Below, piece after piece: positions 9,717 to 19,402 of a stretch of DNA of 64,000 bases. This DNA is from an uncultured Afipia sp. (GTDB lineage Bacteria; Pseudomonadota; Alphaproteobacteria; Rhizobiales; Xanthobacteraceae), in NCBI GenBank assembly GCA_964384815.1, contig CAYLLZ010000001.1, positions 971,612 to 1,035,611 on the forward strand. The letters are read 5' to 3'. Numbering within the stretch: position 1 is the stretch's first letter; each line of letters begins with the position of its first letter. The notes below the pieces were generated by a model. That model worked only from the letters and a program-made list of their open reading frames with translations, did not search any database and had not been told where the DNA came from. The translations under genes were made by a program, and so were the position numbers.

Positions 9717-10139
9717 GTGAGCGAGCTTCGCCCCCGACCGCAGATCGCGGTCAGCGCGGCTATTTTCCGCGACGGAAAACTGCTGCTGGTCCGCCGTAAC
9801 CGGCCACCCGCCAACCACTATTGGACTTTCCCGGGCGGCCGGGTGGAATACGGCGAGACGCTCGCGGAAGCACTGGCCCGCGAGGTCGCCGAGGAAACCG
9901 GCCTCGTCATCGATATCAAGGACATGCTGGGCTGGCGCGAGTATCTGCCGGCCAAGAACGGCGGTATCGGCCATTTTGTGATCCTGCCCTTCGCGGCGCG
10001 CTGGGTCAGCGGCGACATCAACCTCAATGACGAGCTTGAGGACGCCAGATGGCTCGACCCTCATGCCATCGGCGATCTGCCCCTCACCGACCGGCTGGAA
10101 GAGATCATCGTGGCGGCGGCGCGCCTGATGAACGGCTGA
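9717..10139 (+). CDS. NUDIX hydrolase
   Basis: Intact Nudix box GRVEYGETLAEALAREVAEETGL (GX5EX7REUXEEXGU). GTG at 9717 is preferred (AGGA 8 nt upstream, no overlap). ATG at 9681 is the alternative. Confidence 0.75.
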   Translation: MSELRPRPQIAVSAAIFRDGKLLLVRRNRPPANHYWTFPGGRVEYGETLAEALAREVAEETGLVIDIKDMLGWREYLPAKNGGIGHFVILPFAARWVSGDINLNDELEDARWLDPHAIGDLPLTDRLEEIIVAAARLMNG

Positions 10140-10175
10140 TCCCGCCCGCCTTGTCTGCGGCGCATTCGGAAGGCT

Positions 10176-10565
10176 ATGACCATCACCATGGTGCGGCTTT
10201 TGCTGGCAATGTTCCTGATCTGCGCGACCTTCGGTTCCGGCCCTGCCCGGGCCGAGGAGGCCGCCGCGCCGTTTGACGCCGACCTGCAGCGCCTTGCGGA
10301 AATCCTCGGCACCCTTCACTATCTGCGGGGCATCTGCGGCACCAATGAAGGCCAGAAATGGCGCAGCGAGATGCAGGCACTGGTCGATGCCGAAACCCCG
10401 TCCGGCGAGCGCCGCGCGCGTATGATCGCCGCCTTCAACCGTGGCTATAACGGCTTCCAGCAGACCTACCGGACCTGCACCCCGGCGGCGAACGTCGCGA
10501 TTCGCCGCTATCTCGAGGAAGGCTCGAAAATCTCGCGCAACCTGACCGCCCGCTACGCCAACTGA
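10176..10565 (+). CDS. TIGR02301-family protein (alphaproteobacteria-specific, unknown function)
   Basis: Signal peptide, then ..LAEILGTLHYLRGICG..W...M..L.., ..AFNRGYNGFQQTYRTCT.. pattern that I associate with TIGR02301. Confidence 0.6.
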   Translation: MTITMVRLLLAMFLICATFGSGPARAEEAAAPFDADLQRLAEILGTLHYLRGICGTNEGQKWRSEMQALVDAETPSGERRARMIAAFNRGYNGFQQTYRTCTPAANVAIRRYLEEGSKISRNLTARYAN

Positions 10566-10716
10566 CAGGCGATTCCGGGCCACACCGGCCGCATTTCATC
10601 AAGTTGAGAGGCGGCGTTAACCTTTCCTAAAGAACTGACTAGGCGTGCCCGCCCCGCATGCTAAAGCTCGATCATCCAACAGCGCATCGCGCGCATGTCG
10701 CAGATTGACCGAATTC

Positions 10717-10983
10717 ATGCCTTACCGTTCCCGTCTTGCCCCATTGCGCACCCCGATACCCGATCAGGAGCAGAAACAGGTCGCGCTGACCTATCTGAAC
10801 GAGGCGTGGGCCGAGGCTTTGCATGACGGTATCGACGGTGACTGCCTGGCCCAGGCCAGCCTGTTCGCCGCCTTCAACGAACTCGTCACCACCTATGGCG
10901 AGGATGCGGTTGCAAACTTCGTCGAGGGCCTGCCCGGCCGGATTCGCAGCGGCGAATTCTCCGTGGTGCAGTTCAAGCAATAG
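10717..10983 (+). CDS. hypothetical protein
   Basis: 88-aa ORF from the ATG at 10717. The track start at 10645 is a GTG extension. No recognisable motif. Confidence 0.4.
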   Translation: MPYRSRLAPLRTPIPDQEQKQVALTYLNEAWAEALHDGIDGDCLAQASLFAAFNELVTTYGEDAVANFVEGLPGRIRSGEFSVVQFKQ

Positions 10984-10989
10984 GCCGGA

Positions 10990-12330
10990 TCATTTCGCCG
11001 GCTGCAGCGTCTCCAAGAAGCGCACCGGCTCGCCGGTCGCGGGCGTGACGATCTCGCCCTGCCACATCACCCGGCGGCCACGGACGATGGTGCCGACCGG
11101 CCAGCCGGTGACACCCATCCCGTCATAGGGCGTCCAGGCTGCCTTGGAGGCGGTCCACGCATTGGTGATGGTCTCCCGCCGCTTCATATCCACGACGGTG
11201 AAATCCGCGTCGTAGCCCGCTGCAATGCGGCCCTTGCAGGCGATGTTGAAAATCCGCGCAGGTCCCGCGCTGCTCAGATCGACAAAGCGCGCCAGCGACA
11301 GGCGGCCCGCGTTGACGTGATCGAGCATGATCGGCACCAGCGTCTGCACGCCGGTCATTCCTGATGGCGCATTCGGGTAGGTCTTCGACTTCTCCTCGAG
11401 CGTATGCGGGGCGTGATCAGAGCCGAGCACATCGACGATGCCCTGCGCAATGCCCTGCCAGATGCCCTCGCGGTGGTCGGCGCCGCGCACCGGCGGATTC
11501 ATCTGCGCGCGGGTGCCGAGCCGCTCGTAGCATTCCGGCGCGGCCAGCGTGAGATGGTGCGGCGTCGCCTCGCAGGTGGCGACATCCTTGTGGTCGCGCA
11601 GGTACTCGATCTCGTCCTTGGTCGAGATATGCAGCACATGGATGCGCTTGCCGGTCTCGCGCGCCAGCGCCACCAGGCGCTGCGTCGCCTTCAGCGCGGC
11701 AGTCTCGTCGCGCCAGACCGGATGCGAGCGCGGATCGTTCTCGACGCGCAGCCCCTTACGCTCATTGAGACGATACTCGTCCTCGGCATGGAACGCGGCG
11801 CGGCGGCGGATTACCTGAAAAATCTTCCGCAGGCTTTCGTCGTCTTCGACCAGCAGGCTGCCGGTCGAGGAGCCGATGAACACCTTGACGCCGGAGCAAC
11901 CCGGTGCACGTTCGAGCTCCGGCAGATCGCGGACGTTCTCGCGGGTGCCGCCGATGAAGAAGGCGAAATCGCAATGCATCCGGTGGTGGCCCGCCTGTAT
12001 CTTCGCCGTGAAGGCCTCGGCGGTCACCGTCAACGGATTAGTGTTCGGCATCTCGAACACCGCCGTGACGCCGCCCATCACCGCGCTGCGCGAACCGGTT
12101 TCCAGATCCTCCTTGTGGGTCAGACCCGGCTCGCGGAAATGCACTTGCGTGTCGATCACTCCGGGGAGGATGTGCAGACCACGGCAATCGATCTCCTCAC
12201 GCGCGCTGGCCTGACCAAGCCCGCCGATCGCGGCGATCCGGCCTCCGGCAATGCCGATATCGCCGACGCCTTCGCCGTCCTGATTGACGATCGTGCCTGA
12301 TCTGAGAATCGTATCAAAAGTCTGAGCCAT
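10990..12330 (-). CDS. pyrC: dihydroorotase (cyclic amidohydrolase family)
   Basis: ..VIDTQVHFREPG...KED..TGS.AA..GGVT.V..MPNT.P.. metal-binding pattern. Start set at MAQTFDTILRSG (ATG at 12330). Confidence 0.8.
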   Translation of the reverse strand: MAQTFDTILRSGTIVNQDGEGVGDIGIAGGRIAAIGGLGQASAREEIDCRGLHILPGVIDTQVHFREPGLTHKEDLETGSRSAVMGGVTAVFEMPNTNPLTVTAEAFTAKIQAGHHRMHCDFAFFIGGTRENVRDLPELERAPGCSGVKVFIGSSTGSLLVEDDESLRKIFQVIRRRAAFHAEDEYRLNERKGLRVENDPRSHPVWRDETAALKATQRLVALARETGKRIHVLHISTKDEIEYLRDHKDVATCEATPHHLTLAAPECYERLGTRAQMNPPVRGADHREGIWQGIAQGIVDVLGSDHAPHTLEEKSKTYPNAPSGMTGVQTLVPIMLDHVNAGRLSLARFVDLSSAGPARIFNIACKGRIAAGYDADFTVVDMKRRETITNAWTASKAAWTPYDGMGVTGWPVGTIVRGRRVMWQGEIVTPATGEPVRFLETLQPAK

Positions 12331-12498
12331 CGCTTGCAATGCCGTTTTTCGGAGAGGACAAACCCACGCGGGTCTTGTTGCGGCCACTCTACAGTCTTAC
12401 CTTGGCAAGGGATATGCGCGGCGTGCATTTTCCCGGAAAACCCCCGGAAAACTCCAAGCCCTTTCCCCTTTGAGAGTGTGACAGAACAGCCTCTTGCC

Positions 12499-13368
12499 AT
12501 GAAAGCAGCACTGCTCCCCGATCGCGGCGTGGTGAAGGTCAGCGGCCCCGACGCCCGCGGCTTTCTCAACGGCCTCGTCACCACCGATATCGAACAGTTG
12601 CAGCCGGGCGCAGCGCGCTTTGGTGCGCTGCTGACGCCGCAGGGCAAGATCATCACCGATTTTCTGGTCACCGAGGCTGCCGATGGCACGCTGCTGTTCG
12701 ACTGCCCGAAGGCATTGGCCAAACCATTTGCCGACCGCCTCACCTTCTACCGGCTGCGCGCCAAGGTCACGATTGAAAACCTGTCCGAGCAGCTTGGCGT
12801 GCTCGCCATCTGGGACGGCGAGCCGGCTGCAAAACCGGATCTCACATTCGCTGATCCGCGCGATGCACAGCTTGGATCCCGGATCATCCTTCGCCCGGAC
12901 GACGCACAGCAAGCCGCTGCGTCGCTCAATGCCGCGCTGGTCGATGCCGCCGCTTTCGAGGCGCATCGCATTGCCTGCGGCACCCCGCGCGGTGGGCTCG
13001 ATTTCGCCTACGGCGACGCGTTTCCGCACGAGACCAATATGGACCGTCTGCACGGCGTCGATTTCGGCAAGGGCTGCTATGTCGGCCAGGAGGTGGTCTC
13101 CCGCATGCAGCATCGCGGCACGGCGCGCACCCGAGTTATTCGTGTCGCGCTCAACGATGGCGTGCCCGAGCCGGGCACCGCGATCACGGCCGGCGAGAAA
13201 TCGATCGGCACCATGGGATCGTCCGCGGAAGGGCGCGGCCTCGCGCTGTTGCGGATGGACCGCGCCAGCGACGCACTCGATGCCGGCGAGCCGCTGCTCG
13301 CGGGCGGCATCCCGATCACGCTCGTCTCGCCAGACGACGTCCGGCCTCAGGCGAAAGCCCACGCATGA
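12499..13368 (+). CDS. ygfZ: folate-binding YgfZ/CAF17-family protein
   Basis: ..RGVVKVSGPDARGFLNGLVTTDI.. N-terminus and the C-terminal ..KGCYVGQEVVSRM.. motif of YgfZ/GcvT-like proteins. ATG at 12499. Confidence 0.8.
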   Translation: MKAALLPDRGVVKVSGPDARGFLNGLVTTDIEQLQPGAARFGALLTPQGKIITDFLVTEAADGTLLFDCPKALAKPFADRLTFYRLRAKVTIENLSEQLGVLAIWDGEPAAKPDLTFADPRDAQLGSRIILRPDDAQQAAASLNAALVDAAAFEAHRIACGTPRGGLDFAYGDAFPHETNMDRLHGVDFGKGCYVGQEVVSRMQHRGTARTRVIRVALNDGVPEPGTAITAGEKSIGTMGSSAEGRGLALLRMDRASDALDAGEPLLAGGIPITLVSPDDVRPQAKAHA

Positions 13369-14003
13369 CCAAGGCTCGTTTGCACGCTGACGGATTGCAT
13401 CGCTGCCCTTGGCCCGGTGAAGACCCGCTCTATGTCGCTTATCACGACTTCGAATGGGGCGTGCCGGAATATGACGACCGTGCGCTGTTCGAGAAGCTCA
13501 TCCTCGATGGCTTCCAGGCCGGCCTGTCGTGGATCACCATCCTGCGCAAGCGCGACAATTTTCGTAAAGCCTTCGACGGTTTCGAGCCGGAGACAATCGC
13601 CCGTTACGACGCCAGGAAAATCGCGGCGCTGATGAACGATGCCGGCATCGTACGCAATCGCGCCAAGATCGAAGGCGCGGTGAGCAGCGCCAAAGCCTAT
13701 CTGCAGATCATGGAAGAAGGGCCGGGCTTCTCCAAACTGCTGTGGAGCTTTGTCGACGGCAAGCCGAAGGTCAACGCCTTCAAGACCACCGCAGGCGTGC
13801 CCGCCGCGACGCCGGTATCGATCGCGATGTCGAAGGAATTGCAATCGCGCGGTTTCAAATTCGTCGGACCAACCATCGTCTACGCCTTCATGCAGGCCAC
13901 CGGCATGGTCAACGATCATCTTGTCGCCTGCCACTGTCACAGCAGATTGAGCACCATAAAGCGGCCCGCGCGCGCGACGGCACCGCGCGGCAAGGCCAAA
14001 TGA
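13365..14003 (+). CDS. tag: DNA-3-methyladenine glycosylase I
   Basis: ..DPLYVAYHDFEWGVPEYDDRALFEKLILDGFQAGLSWITILRKR..F.. is a near-textbook Tag sequence. The start overlaps the ygfZ stop (ATGA). Confidence 0.9.
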   Translation: MTKARLHADGLHRCPWPGEDPLYVAYHDFEWGVPEYDDRALFEKLILDGFQAGLSWITILRKRDNFRKAFDGFEPETIARYDARKIAALMNDAGIVRNRAKIEGAVSSAKAYLQIMEEGPGFSKLLWSFVDGKPKVNAFKTTAGVPAATPVSIAMSKELQSRGFKFVGPTIVYAFMQATGMVNDHLVACHCHSRLSTIKRPARATAPRGKAK

Positions 14004-14611
14004 GCGCGGCGAGGACGTCAGGACCCGCGCCACGCGCCTGGCAGCGCATGCTGTCTGGGCGTCGGCTTGATCTGCTCGATCCCTCGCCGCTCGACATCGA
14101 AGTGACGGACATCGCGCACGGTCTCGCCCGCGTCGCCCGCTGGAACGGGCAGACACATGGCCCGCATATCTTTTCGGTCGCGCAACATACGTTGCTGGTG
14201 GAAGCTGTGATGCGCGCGCAGTCGCCGCGCATCGATCACCGCGTCCGGCTTGCCGCGATGCTGCATGATGCGCCGGAATACGTGATCGGCGACATGATCT
14301 CGCCGTTCAAGGCCGTGATCGGCGGCTCCTACAAGCAGGTGGAAAAACGCCTGCTGTCGGCGATTCATGTCCGCTTCGGCCTGCCTGCGGTCCTGCCGGC
14401 CGAGATCGAAAAACTGATCAAGACCGCCGACATGGGCGCGGCCTATCTGGAGGCGACGCATCTTGCCGGCTTCAGTGCGACTGAGGCGAAGCGATTGTTC
14501 GGGCGCGACCCGAAACTGCCACCGGCCATCCAGCATGACTATCTGTCGCCGTGGTCGGCGACCAAGGCCGAGAAGCGCTTCATCACCCGCTTCAAGACGC
14601 TGCTCGACTAA
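14000..14611 (+). CDS. HD-domain phosphohydrolase (YfbR-like)
   Basis: ..SVAQHTLLV.. and ..LHDAPEYVIGDMISPFK.. form an HD motif. The ATG at 14000 overlaps the tag stop (ATGA). The 13742 track start lies inside tag. Confidence 0.75.
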   Translation: MSAARTSGPAPRAWQRMLSGRRLDLLDPSPLDIEVTDIAHGLARVARWNGQTHGPHIFSVAQHTLLVEAVMRAQSPRIDHRVRLAAMLHDAPEYVIGDMISPFKAVIGGSYKQVEKRLLSAIHVRFGLPAVLPAEIEKLIKTADMGAAYLEATHLAGFSATEAKRLFGRDPKLPPAIQHDYLSPWSATKAEKRFITRFKTLLD

Positions 14612-14706
14612 AGTTCCGGTTTCCGGAAGCCGCGCCGCCGGCGCGCCCTCTGCGATCCAGCTTCCGCCGTCCCGCGTGGTGACGTATAACAAGCCGGATT
14701 TCAGGG

Positions 14707-15219
14707 ATGGTCATGATCTACGTTTGCTCGCTTGCCGATCTTCACTCCACCGTCGAAGCCTGCGGCGCGACGCATGTGCTCACCGTCATGGGCAAGGTGG
14801 AAAAAGCCACGCGCCCTGCTTCGGTGCGGGCGGAAAACCATCTTCGCATTTCGATGGACGACATCACCGAAACGGCGATGGGCTTCACCGTGCCCTCACT
14901 CAACCATGTCGAGCAGGCGCTGGACTTTGTGCGCAAATGGGATCGCGCCGCGCCGCTGGTGATCCATTGCTTCGCCGGCATCAGCCGCTCGACCGCGAGT
15001 GCGTTCATGACCGCGTGCGCGCTCAATCCGCATCGCGACGAGACTGAAATCGCCCGGCAGATCCGCGCCGCTTCGGCCAGTGCGAGTCCGAACCGTCTTC
15101 TCGTGACGCTGGCGGATCGCGCGCTGGGCCGCGAAGGCCGCATGGTGCGAGCGCTCGACAGTATCGGGCCCGGCAACATGGCGATCGAAGGCCGGCCGTT
15201 CCACATTAACATCGAATGA
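14707..15219 (+). CDS. Cys-based protein-tyrosine/dual-specificity phosphatase-fold protein
   Basis: 170 aa with the CX5R P-loop HCFAGISRSTA. The stop overlaps the start of the next gene (ATGA at 15216-15219). Confidence 0.7.
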   Translation: MVMIYVCSLADLHSTVEACGATHVLTVMGKVEKATRPASVRAENHLRISMDDITETAMGFTVPSLNHVEQALDFVRKWDRAAPLVIHCFAGISRSTASAFMTACALNPHRDETEIARQIRAASASASPNRLLVTLADRALGREGRMVRALDSIGPGNMAIEGRPFHINIE

Positions 15220-16256
15220 ACTCAACATTAAAACCACATGACAAGTCATTATCGCCGCATGGCGCCGATCCGGCGACGGGCGAACAGCTTCTGCCGCCGA
15301 TCGAGATCGGACTGACCGCGGCGATCGTCTCCATCGAAGGCAACGAGCCGCTGATCCTGACCGCACCCGGCGCGGGCGACGAACTCGCAGGGCTGCCCTT
15401 CGGGCCCTTCAACGCGGTGGCGCATCGCACCTTCGAGATCGGACTGCGCTCCTGGGTGCAGGAGCAGACCGGATTGCAACTCGGCTATGTCGAACAGCTC
15501 TATACCTTCGGCGATCGTGGTCGCCATGCGCAGGTCGACGACACCAACGCGCATGTGGTGTCGATCGGATACCTCGCGCTGACCCGCGCCGCCGACAACA
15601 CCTCGAAGCCACAGGTCGCCGGCGCGACGTTCGATCCGTGGTACCGCTATTTCCCGTGGGAAGACTGGCGCGCCGAGAAGCCGGCGATGCTCGACAACAT
15701 CATCATCCCGGCGCTGACGGAATGGGCGGGGCGTTCCGAAAAGCCCAACCCCACGCATGCGCTCAGCCGGCACGATCGGGTCAGGCTGTATTTCGGCCTC
15801 GAGGGCGCGCACTGGGACGAGGAGCGCGTGCTCGACCGCTACGAACTGCTCTACGAGGCCGGGCTGATCGAGGAAGCCAAGCGCGACGGCCGCCCCTCCG
15901 CGCTGACGCGCAAGAGCCTGCCGAGCCTCGGCGTGCCGATGAAGTTCGATCATCGCCGCATCCTCGCCACCGCGATTGCGCGGCTGCGCGCCAAGCTGAA
16001 ATATCGTCCGGTGGTGTTCGAGATGCTGCCGCCGGAATTCACTCTCACCGATCTGCAGCGCACGGTGGAGGCGATCTCGGGCCGTCATCTGCACAAGCAG
16101 AATTTTCGCCGGCTGGTCGAGGCCGAGGCGCTGGTGGAGCCCACCGGCGAGGTATCCACGCAGACCGGCGGACGGCCGGCGGCGCTATTTCGATTCCGGC
16201 GTGAGGTGCTGCAGGAGCGCCCCGCCCCCGGCCTGCGGGTGCGCGGACGGCGCTAG
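15216..16256 (+). CDS. nadQ: Nudix-related transcriptional regulator, NadQ/NrtR-like (predicted NAD biosynthesis regulator)
   Basis: Degenerate Nudix box (..EIGLRSWVQEQTGL.., catalytic Glu residues replaced) plus an NrtR-type C-terminal winged helix (..EFTLTDLQRTVEAISG..HKQNFRRLV..). It lies 2 kb from nadABC. Confidence 0.65.
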   Translation: MNSTLKPHDKSLSPHGADPATGEQLLPPIEIGLTAAIVSIEGNEPLILTAPGAGDELAGLPFGPFNAVAHRTFEIGLRSWVQEQTGLQLGYVEQLYTFGDRGRHAQVDDTNAHVVSIGYLALTRAADNTSKPQVAGATFDPWYRYFPWEDWRAEKPAMLDNIIIPALTEWAGRSEKPNPTHALSRHDRVRLYFGLEGAHWDEERVLDRYELLYEAGLIEEAKRDGRPSALTRKSLPSLGVPMKFDHRRILATAIARLRAKLKYRPVVFEMLPPEFTLTDLQRTVEAISGRHLHKQNFRRLVEAEALVEPTGEVSTQTGGRPAALFRFRREVLQERPAPGLRVRGRR

Positions 16257-16280
16257 ACTTCGGTCAGCAAAAAGGAACGA

Positions 16281-16814
16281 TCAGTCCGTCTTGGACTTGC
16301 GCAGTTCCAGCGCAGGCTCGGAGCGGGTCTGCTCGACCCGCGAGGCGTCGGCCGATTTCATCTCCGGCGGATGCAGCGAGCGCGGCTTGCGCGAGCGCGT
16401 GATCGCGCGGGTCAGCAGCGTGCGGACATTGCCCTGACGGCGGAAGTCGCAATAGGCGAAGCCGAGACCGGAGACCGAGCCACGGAAGCTGATCTCGTCC
16501 GACTTGTTGAGGTTGAAGCACGGCTCGAACGGCATGCCCTTGAGCGAGGCGCAGACCGCACCGGTACGCACCTGCAGCGTGTTGGTCGGCAGCCGCACAT
16601 GACGCACCTGGCCCTTGCCGCTGAACTGCACCGAGCCCGCGACCGAGCCGTCATCGTAGATCCGCCCGGCACCGCGGGTGCCGTCGAAGCAGTTGAAGGA
16701 GAACAGTTTGCCGACGACGAATTTGCGCGCCTCTTCCGGACCCAATGTCTCGGCATAGGCCGACGCGCAGAACGATCCTGCAAGCAGGATTCCAAGAGCA
16801 AAACGCGCAAGCAT
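16281..16814 (-). CDS. secreted hypothetical protein
   Basis: Start chosen at MLARFALGILLAGSFCASAYA (signal peptide). Cys-containing mature domain with a basic C-terminal tail. Confidence 0.5.
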   Translation of the reverse strand: MLARFALGILLAGSFCASAYAETLGPEEARKFVVGKLFSFNCFDGTRGAGRIYDDGSVAGSVQFSGKGQVRHVRLPTNTLQVRTGAVCASLKGMPFEPCFNLNKSDEISFRGSVSGLGFAYCDFRRQGNVRTLLTRAITRSRKPRSLHPPEMKSADASRVEQTRSEPALELRKSKTD

Positions 16815-16942
16815 GCGGCGACTCCAACTCACGAAACTGACGGGTTCAGGCAACGGCGCAAGGCGCCCAAGGCTTAACCCGCTGATTACCATACCAACCG
16901 TGGCAACATTGGAGCAGCATGGTTTGCAAAGTCTGAACGTCC

Positions 16943-17929
16943 TCAGGCTATTTTCACCACCAGTCGGCCGCGGATCTGGCCGGCGAGAATCTTCGGCGCT
17001 GTCTCCATGACTTCGCCAAGGCTGATTTCGCGAGTGATTTCAGCAAGTTTTACCTTATCCAAATCCCTGGCGAGACGCTCCCAGGCGACCTTTCGCTTCG
17101 CGATCGGGCACATCACGGAATCGATGCCCAAAAGGCACACTCCGCGCAAAATGAAAGGCGCGACCGAGGACGGCAAGTCCATGCCTCCGGCGAGGCCGCA
17201 AGCGGCGATCGCGCCGTGATATTTCGTCATCGACAAGAGGTTGGCCAATGTCGTCGAGCCGACGCTGTCGACACCGCCCGCCCAGCGCTCCTTGGCCAGT
17301 GGCTTGGCCGGCGCCGAGAACTCGTTGCGGTCGATGATCTCTGCTGCGCCGAGATCGCGCAGATAGCCGGCCTCGCTGGTGCGGCCGGTGGAGGCGATCA
17401 CATGGAAGCCGAGTTTCGTCAGCAACGAGATCGCTACCGAGCCGACGCCGCCCGCCGCGCCGGTGACGATCATCGCGCCGTCATTCGGAGTTAAGCCATG
17501 CTTCTCCAGCGCCAGCACCGCCAGCATGGCGGTGAAGCCCGCGGTGCCGATCGCCATGGCGTCGCGGCCGCTCATGCCCGCAGGCAGCGCCACCAGCCAG
17601 TCGCCCTTGACCCGGGCGCGCTCGGCATAGGCGCCCAGATGAGTCTCGCCCATGCCCCAGCCGGTACCGATCACCTTGTCGCCGGCACGCCAGCCGGGAT
17701 GTGCGGATTCGATCACCGTGCCGGCGAAATCGATGCCCGCGATCATCGGGAAACGCCGCACCACCGGCGCCTTGCCGCTGATAGCGAGGCCGTCCTTGTA
17801 GTTCACCGTCGACCATTCGACGGCGACGGTGACGTCGCCTTCCATCAGGTCGGCGTCGTCAAACTGCGTCAGCGCGGCGGTGGTGCCCTTCTCCGCCTTG
17901 TCGATCCGGATTGCCTTGAAAGTCCCCAC
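16943..17929 (-). CDS. YhdH/AcuI-type MDR quinone oxidoreductase (acryloyl-CoA reductase-like)
   Basis: ..FKAIRIDK....A.L...D...[34 protein letters not shown].. is typical of the YhdH/YhfP subfamily. GTG start at 17929. Confidence 0.8.
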   Translation of the reverse strand: MGTFKAIRIDKAEKGTTAALTQFDDADLMEGDVTVAVEWSTVNYKDGLAISGKAPVVRRFPMIAGIDFAGTVIESAHPGWRAGDKVIGTGWGMGETHLGAYAERARVKGDWLVALPAGMSGRDAMAIGTAGFTAMLAVLALEKHGLTPNDGAMIVTGAAGGVGSVAISLLTKLGFHVIASTGRTSEAGYLRDLGAAEIIDRNEFSAPAKPLAKERWAGGVDSVGSTTLANLLSMTKYHGAIAACGLAGGMDLPSSVAPFILRGVCLLGIDSVMCPIAKRKVAWERLARDLDKVKLAEITREISLGEVMETAPKILAGQIRGRLVVKIA

Positions 17930-18081
17930 AGCGCGCTCCCGAAATTGCTTCGAACCGACACTAAACCCCTGCCCTGTCGGGTCAAATCGAACCAATGTTG
18001 CAGTGGCTAACGGCAGTCGATGACATATTTTCAATGCATGGAATTTTCTTCACATAGGTCTGGCGAGCAGGGCTTTGACCT

Positions 18082-18113
18082 GTTATATTTGTTTTGCTCG
18101 TTTTGAGAATAAC
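18082..18113. promoter_or_regulatory. candidate NadQ operator 1 (GTTAT..TGCTC-N5-GAGAATAAC palindrome)
   Basis: GTTATATTTGTTTTGCTCGTTTTGAGAATAAC. Core GCTC (18096-18099), N5, GAG (18105-18107), with outer GTTAT/ATAAC arms, in the AT-rich acuI-like/nadA divergent spacer. Confidence 0.35.
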
Positions 18114-18207
18114 GAACGGGCAGCCGGGACGCCAAGCCAACCGCAGAAGCCGTTTCGGACACATCGCAATCGGAATGCCGGCCTTTGTGCCGGATTTCTC
18201 AGACCAC

Positions 18208-18230
18208 ATATATGCTCATAACGAGTATAT
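18208..18230. promoter_or_regulatory. candidate NadQ operator 2 (ATATGCTC-N5-GAGTATAT palindrome)
   Basis: ATATATGCTCATAACGAGTATAT, with 7 of 8 positions paired per arm, 24 nt upstream of the nadA ATG. It shares the GCTC-N5-GAG core with site 1. Confidence 0.4.
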
Positions 18231-18253
18231 GGTCAGGGAGGCAGAGTAAGGAT

Positions 18254-19366
18254 ATGGCTCTCGCTGGAATCTACGGCCCCGACGATCTGGGCCACGCCGT
18301 ACCGACGCATTCCGCGCCGCAGACCCCCGCCAGCATCGCTGTCGAGAACCCCGCGCGCGCCTTGCCGATGCCTTCGCTGGACTGGACCCCGGAGGTCGAG
18401 CGCGAGACCGCGCATCTCTACGAGCGGGTGAAAACCGTCATTCCGCCGATCGAGTGGCCGTTCATGGCGCCCTACGTCAAGGCGATCAACGAGCTCAAGC
18501 GCGAGCGCAACGCCGTGATCCTGGCGCACAACTACCAGACACCTGAAATCTTCAACTGCGTCTCCGACATCGTCGGCGACTCGCTGAAGCTTGCGATCGA
18601 GGCCACCAAGGTGAAGGTCGACGTGATCGTCCAGTGCGGCGTGCACTTCATGGCCGAGACCGCGAAGATCCTCAACCCGGCGAAGACGGTGCTGATCCCG
18701 GATTCGCGCGCCGGCTGCTCGCTCGCCTCCGCCATCACCGGCGAGGACGTGCGGCTCTTGCGCGAGCGCTTCCCCGGCGTGCCGGTGGTCGCTTACGTCA
18801 ACACCTCCGCCGACGTGAAGGCGGAAGTCGATATCTGCTGCACCTCGTCGAACGCGGTCGCGGTGGTGGAAAGCCTCGGCTCCGACACCGTCATCATGGT
18901 GCCGGACCAGTATCTGGCGAAGTACGTCGCCTCACAGACCAAGGTGAAGATCATCGCCTGGAAGGGCGCGTGCGAAGTGCACGAGCGCTTCACCGGCGAC
19001 GAACTGCGCAGCTACCGGCAGGCCGACCCGACCGTGCAGATCATCGCGCATCCGGAATGCCCGCCCGACGTGATCGCGGAGGCGGACTTCACCGGCTCGA
19101 CCGCGCACATGATCGACTGGGTGCGCAACCACAAGCCGCAGCGCGTGGTGATGGTCACCGAGTGCTCAATGGCCGACAACGTGCAGGCGGAACTGCCGCA
19201 GGTCAATTTCATCAAGCCGTGCAACCTGTGCCCGCACATGAAGCGCATCACGCTGCCGAAGATTCTCGACAGCCTGGTCTACATGCGCGAGGAAATCGTG
19301 ATCGATCCGATGATCGCGGATCGGGCGCGGCGCTCCGTGGAACGGATGATCAATCTGAAGAATTGA
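18254..19366 (+). CDS. nadA: quinolinate synthase
   Basis: ..ILAHNYQ.PE....D.VGDSL.L.., ..FMAET.KIL.P.K.V..P.. NadA motifs. The ATG at 18254 is preceded by GGGAGG..AAGGA. Confidence 0.9.
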   Translation: MALAGIYGPDDLGHAVPTHSAPQTPASIAVENPARALPMPSLDWTPEVERETAHLYERVKTVIPPIEWPFMAPYVKAINELKRERNAVILAHNYQTPEIFNCVSDIVGDSLKLAIEATKVKVDVIVQCGVHFMAETAKILNPAKTVLIPDSRAGCSLASAITGEDVRLLRERFPGVPVVAYVNTSADVKAEVDICCTSSNAVAVVESLGSDTVIMVPDQYLAKYVASQTKVKIIAWKGACEVHERFTGDELRSYRQADPTVQIIAHPECPPDVIAEADFTGSTAHMIDWVRNHKPQRVVMVTECSMADNVQAELPQVNFIKPCNLCPHMKRITLPKILDSLVYMREEIVIDPMIADRARRSVERMINLKN

Positions 19367-19402
19367 GAATCCACGTGAGCGCAAGTGCCCACGATCTCCA
19401 TC

